From Klebsormidium nitens (lineage: Eukaryota > Plantae > Klebsormidiophyceae): a stretch of 64,000 nt of DNA. A program made the position numbers and the translations under genes. Numbering within the stretch: position 1 is the first letter of the stretch; every line of letters starts with the position of its first letter. The notes under the pieces were generated by a model. It was given only the letters and a program-made list of their open reading frames with translations, searched no databases and was not told the origin of the DNA. The stretch lies in the NCBI GenBank assembly GCA_000708835.1, contig DF236960.1:276982-340981 (forward strand). Reading direction: 5' to 3'. Shown here piece after piece: positions 58,601 to 64,000 of this stretch.

Positions 58601-61600
58601 GAAAGCGCTCCTACTAAGACATTTTCAAAAGCGCTGCCACCGGAACGGTGCTGTGGGGTTGTGCAGGCGCGCACCATGGAGTCGGTGAAGGCACTGGTTG
58701 GAAGCGTTTTCGACTATCGTGAGCGGCCGAAAGCGCTGCTTCTGAAAAACACCCCGGAAGCGCTGCTGTTTAAAAATGTGTTGTGGATTGTGCAGGCGCG
58801 CACGATGGAGATGATGTACAGCTTAATCTCCAAGGCGCTGAAGGAGCAGGGGCTGCTGGGGGAGCAGCACCCGCGGGACTACCTCACCTTCTTCTGCCTC
58901 GGCAACAGGTGGGCACTTTTGGAAATCTTCCTATATATACTGCGGCACTTCATATATTTGTTTGTCCCTCATGTTCTTCTGCTTCCGAAACACTGATAAT
59001 TGGCCGGGTAAAAGCCTTGATTAAGTTTGATTCAAGTGCTTGGCTACTTTTGTGGTTGTTGCGGCGGGCTAGCAGCAGGGCGAAGCAAGAGGGAGGTGGA
59101 CTTCACGATTCTAGCGGACGAGGCAAGGAAGGGGGACGTACGAAAAAGGAGGGAGAAGCTTAAAGAAGTCTCTTGGGAAGCGCCGATGATCGACAACGGT
59201 ACCGGTGGAAAGCATTTGGAAAATCTTGAAAAGCCGCTTTGTTGGTCTACGTTTGTACCTGTGCTGACGAGCGAACGCCGAAGATCGAGAGTAGCTGACA
59301 CAAAGGGAAGTGTGGGTACTCTTCTTCATTCAGGTCGGTTCAACTCGTTAAATCCAACTTTTGCAGGGAGGTCAAGCACCCCGAGGAGCACAAGCCAGTG
59401 AAGCCCCCCCAGGGACTGTTTAAGACAAGTGCCAGAAGAGCCCAGGTTTAAATTGCAAGTTGCCGTTCATTTCAACGACAAGAACGTCTTGCTAACCCGC
59501 TATATATGTTAACCCATTTTTGCAGGGAGGTCAAGCACCCCGACGAGCCGGAGCCAGTGAAGCCCCCCAAGCCGGGGAGCGTGCAGGACAAGTGCCAGAA
59601 GAGCCGGCGGGCCATGATCTACGTGCACTCCAAGCTCATGATCGTGGACGACGAGTACGTCATCGTTGGGTCAGCAAACATCAACCAGGTGAGCGGCGCT
59701 ACAGCTTAGGTTGAAATGGCGTTATCTACGGTGCCAGTCTAAATCATTTGTGTGGAACAACCTGTGGGGTTTGAATGTGTGGGGCAATCCTTTACGTGCA
59801 CTCCAAGCTCGTTATTGTGGACGACGAGTACGTCATCATCGGGTCAGCAAACATCAACCAGATGGGTGGCGCAACAACAGTATCGATTCACATCTTTTCT
59901 GGGCTGCTGATACTGCATCTTTGCAGAAGTGCACTTTTTCGACTTGAGAACAGGTCATCCGTGTCAGCTCCTAATCTGATATCTAGCAGGAATTGGATCT
60001 TAGGTGAGGACTTTGCGTTTCACTGCCTGCGACTTCCCGCGCTGAATACGTCATTGTTAGGCAAACAATACCAGGGAGCCAGATAGCGGTTCCAGCTGGT
60101 CTCGTTTTTATCGTATGTGTAGCGCTCCCACGACGGCTCCCGAGACCACGACGGCCGGTTGGCAGATTAGCATCCACCGCTTTGAGAATGCGCCAAAAGA
60201 TGGGCATGCCCCCGTACTTTGTTTCTGGAGAATCTTATGTTTCGAGAGTTACAGATTTTACAAGGAAAGTTATTACAATTTGCAGCGCTCTCAAAACGGC
60301 TCTTTCGACACCGAGATCGCATTGATCAACCACCAAATACGCATCGACCCCGAGGACAGGCCAAAGATTGGCATGCCATTGCACTTTGTTGTTGGAAAAT
60401 CTTACACATGAGAATTTCGAGATTCATAAGAGAATGTGTTCAATCTGCAGCGGTCCCAGGACGGCTCCCGCGACACCGAGATTGCAATGGGCGGCTACCA
60501 GCCCGCGCAGCTCAACTCCTCCGGACGTCCGGCGCGCGGCCAGGTGTACGGCTTCCGGACGTCGCTCTGGGCGGAGCACTTGGGGCACCTCTTTGAGGAG
60601 TACAAGACGCCCGAGAGCGTCGAGTGCGTCCGAAAGGTAGGGCGATTTTTCCAATAGCTTTTTGTGGGTTTTAGTAGAGCGGAGCTCGTTTCCGGACGGC
60701 TGTCGGACGTCGCCGTGGACGATCTTCGGACGTCGCTCTGGCTGGAGCACCCGGGGCACCTATTTGAGGAGAACAAGACGCCGAGAGCGTCGAGTGCGTC
60801 CGAAAGATAAGGGGCTGTCCAATTCTCACGTTTACGGCTTCTGGAATTTCCAGTGAGCTCAGAATCTAGAATCAGGGTTTGCGTGAGTTGGACGTATCTG
60901 GGCGGAGGATTTGGGGGCACCTCTTAGGAGTGAGACGCCAGAGAGCGGCTAATGCGTTCAAAAGGAGTCTTTTTGACAGCTTGTACTTGACTTACAATAT
61001 CAGGGTGTCAAAACGCCCGTCAATTTATTGGGACGGCCTTCGCACGTCGCTCTTGCCGGAGCACTTGGGGACACGTGTCAAAATGTACAAGACTCCCAAG
61101 AGCGTCAAAGTGCGACCCTAAGCTAAGGGCGCGTCGAAATTTCCGGACAAGTCCTGAGGTAGCCCTTTCATGCTAGGACTGCCGGATTATACCTTCCCTA
61201 CTCTTTCGCCGAGACTTGAACGTACCAAACTTCGCTGGCTAATCTAAAGTTCCGCAGATCGACGCCCTTCAGTTGCTTTCTACGGAAGCAGGGTGTTCAT
61301 CTTTTTCCTCTAAGTCTTCTTTCAGTTGTACTACATTCCTCAGGGACGTGCCCTGTTTTCTGCGCAGGTGAACGCGGCTGTGGACGCCAATTGGCAGGTC
61401 TTTGCGGCGGAGGAGATCACCGAAATGACCGCCCACCTCATGGCCTTCCCGGTACAGGTAAGACGGTTTTGCAAACCCTAATCCTCGCAAACCCTAATCC
61501 CGCCAGCTGTCACACTCGTTTGCTCCATTTGGGCTGCCCAAGCGCTGTGACGCACAAAAGTTCACCCAGATGACCGCCCACCGCATGGCCTTCCCAGCAC

Positions 61601-62208
61601 AGGTAAGACGGTTTTGCAAACCCTAATCCTCGCCATCCCGCCAGCTGCCAGTTTCACGCTTCTTCATTTTGGGCTGCGCGAGTCCTGTTACGGGGTGCGG
61701 GTTAAAATCGCCGTTCGTCAGTGGTGGAAACGCATCTGGCAGCCGGACGATTGAGATGTGTCTTCGGCACTTTCGAATGCTCGGTGATTTGCTATCTAAT
61801 ATTTTTTGCGCTCTTCAAAAGGTGGCACCTTGGATGTCAACATGGTTACGGGTCGGGCCTTCGTTTGGAGACTGACTTGGCTCGGCCGAGCTTCAGTTGC
61901 TCATGACTAAGAAACCGTTAGCGCGGGACGGCCAGTCCAGACCGTTGCTGTGCAAATTCTCACTTTTGCTTGATGAGCATTCTTTTCACTTGCGCTTGAT
62001 GTTTCGGATTCCGCTGTACTATCATACGGTGGCTTTGAGTCATGCTTTGGCCTCGAGTCATGCTTCTTGACTTGACGCTGCCTCTAATATGCAGGTCAAC
62101 CAAGACGGAAGCATACAAGAACTGCCCGGAACTGAGGAGTTCCCGGACACCGGCGGCCGGATCCTTGGCACCACTTCGGGCCAGTTACCAGATGCGCTGA
62201 CAACGTAG
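46623..62208 (+). CDS. PLD: C2-domain phospholipase D (PLD alpha/beta/delta class, delta-like C-terminus), 999 aa
   Basis: 15 phase-consistent exons: 46623-47293, 48179-48293, 49189-49476, 50397-50633, 51632-51777, 52606-52806, 53399-53570, 54723-54860, 55242-55378, 55751-55979, 58796-58908, 59526-59688, 60451-60636, 61368-61457, 62095-62208 (3000 nt). C2 domain (WLHG.L..YEA.NLPN; SDPY; NPRWNERF), [21 protein letters not shown]1 [35 protein letters not shown]2 [36 protein letters not shown], and C-terminus LPDALTT*. Confidence 0.97.
54050..54722 (+). repeat. Tandem array (~166-169 bp unit, 4 copies) of the acceptor plus 5' part of PLD exon 54723-54860
   Basis: CTCCGTGCAG|AC(C/G/A)GAGACGTTCCGGCGGCACGGCCTGCTGAAG at exon-start positions 54221, 54387 and 54554 (real start 54723), with a more decayed copy near 54055. 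Confidence 0.92.
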
Positions 62209-63277
62209 AAATAATATCCTGAGCCCTTGTCAAACAAGCTCTCAGTGCTAGAGCGAGACAGCTTTTCTCGTGATTGAGGATTGTGGCACGTCTTTGTACA
62301 CTAGACATGGATTCGATCCGCTAGATGTTGTACCTCCGCGAAATGCTGTGCCACATCCTATATGAACCATATAAAGCTACGCTATACATACTGAGCCGTT
62401 GACTTGACGGAATTTTGCTTCCTGGAAAGCTAGTGGAAAGCATGTGTCAAGATCTTGATAAACAAGACGCAGGTATTGCAAAAGACAGACTGTGTCAAAG
62501 ACTTTGAAAGGATGGAGAGATACGCATGCAAGGTCTCGTATGTAGCTGACTCAGCGTGAGTTACATGTCTGTTTAATTCGATCACGTGAAACAATAAATA
62601 TCGAACCGGCCAGAGTGCGCACAGTACGGTATTATTTCCGGCAGACCGAGCCTGACGTACGGTACTACCTACTACCGGTACCTAGTACCGGTACGTGCTG
62701 ACTCGGCGAGCGGGGTTAGGCCACCCAAGTCCTTGTTTAACAAGCTCAAAGTTCTCCTGCGGAGAACCGTGGCTTGCCTTCGGGGATGTCGACGAACCCT
62801 AACCCGAAGACTATACCACAAGCCATGCACGAGCAAACCATCCCAAACCCGAAATTGTGGAGGTCCGACGGCGAACTGGCGAAGACAAAGTACGTCATTG
62901 TAGACTGACGTTCCTTATATTCCCGTGAAACGGGGAGCCAATCCGCAAAATGCGGAGTCTCTTTTATCGAATTTTCGACGATAACAGGCGGTGCCGTTAT
63001 CATCAGAAACCCCAGTAACCATGAAAGATAACACCGAAAGCATCGAACCGGAAACATTCAACGGACCACCAGCTACGCCGCGGCCAGTCGGCAAAAAACG
63101 TCGCGCACTGTTTGTCCATTTAGACACGTGATTTCTAGGTTTTCGAAGTCGAACCGGCCACTCAAGCACCTCCAATGCCAGAAGCGCAGAGGGCGAAATC
63201 TCAGATTTCATTTAGCGAATCCTAGGGATTTCCTTCTAAAGAAGGCAAGCCAAAACTAACGGGCAGTCGTTGACTAA

Positions 63278-63989
63278 CCCGAGGGGCGGGCGGGTTGCGG
63301 GTTTGAGGGTTGGGTTTGGACGTTGGGCAGGGGTGCGGAGACTGCTAGATCGAGGTTGGGTTTCCCAACTCTGGTTTTTCCCCGAGCACGATCAAGACTT
63401 GGCAATGGGCAGGCCAGGCTTGGTCAAGAGTCAAGACTCTATTACAAGAAATCGAGTTCCGATATCCGTCGGGGCACGGCGGTTCTGCCGCTATGCATTA
63501 TGCAGTCGGAGGTTGTCATAAATGCTCCTAGGATCCAGGAGGAAATCCACGTGCTTCATTGCGCAATCCAGGGCCGGCTGGGCCCTGGCCGGCGTCTTTG
63601 TACTTGTACTACCGGTACCATGCTATCTCAGCGACACGAAGCACGAAGTGTGGTTGAAAGGGGTCGCCGCGGAACCAATTGGGTGGCAAACCGGTATAAC
63701 TGCGCCTGGTCCGTGTTCCAGGCTTCCAGCCTGCTCCAGCGCCGGCGGTATTCCGTCTTGTCAGAGGAGCACGCAAAGCCCACGCAAATTAACTTCGCAT
63801 GCAGAGACTGCGGAGTCCGGACAGCTCTAGAGCCCAGCCTGGCATACTGGGCCCTGGCAATGCTCGCTTGCACCTGAAAAGCCGCTTGCACAAAGGTACA
63901 TAGCTCCCGGGCACCCAAACTAAAACCCTATACCCGCTCCGCACCCGCACACACGCTAACAACCAGACTAACCCCGCCCGTCCCCCGGG
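63278..63989. mobile_element. Possible non-autonomous element bounded by two oppositely oriented G-rich repeat copies (63278-63365 on +, 63906-63989 on -)
   Basis: CCCGAGGGGCGGGCGGGTTG..GGGGTGCGGAG on the plus strand. On the minus strand, CCCGGGGGACGGGCGGGGTTAG..GCGGGTGCGGAGCGGGTATAGGGTTTTAGTTTGGGTGCCCGGG. The arms are imperfect and no target-site duplication can be assessed at the window edge. Confidence 0.4.
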
Positions 63990-64000
63990 TGCTTATCTTA

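Noticed and set aside
61470-61630. Three AAACCCTAAT telo-box-like motifs
   Set aside because: They are intronic and multiplied by the local echo duplication, not in a promoter context.

Overview
Eukaryotic, intron-rich genomic DNA with GC-rich exons and GT..AG introns. The gene content (C2-domain phospholipase D, XTH/EG16-like GH16, plant-type monoacylglycerol lipase) points to a streptophyte alga or early plant such as Klebsormidium; that assignment is an inference. Six spliced genes were reconstructed by hand by checking splice-site phase: (1) 3' part of an alpha/beta-hydrolase (MAGL-like, 922-2956 +); (2) a ~1400-aa multi-module glycosyltransferase (5709-17909 -); (3) a 168-aa secreted Cys-rich protein (21759-24338 +); (4) a ~1250-aa MACPF-domain protein with no signal peptide and an unusual C-terminal region (27464-39252 -); (5) a secreted GH16 XTH/EG16-like enzyme (41610-44621 +); (6) a 999-aa C2-PLD (46623-62208 +). 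The most striking non-genic signal is that many introns, in five of the six genes, contain decayed tandem copies ('echoes') of the adjacent exon edge together with its splice site. Also present: a dispersed ~85-100 bp G-rich repeat family (6 copies), a 37-bp inverted repeat enclosing one of those copies, and a degenerate ~157-bp tandem array. No rRNA, complete tRNA, CRISPR array or intact transposon ORF could be supported. All coordinates were counted manually and may be off by a base or two.
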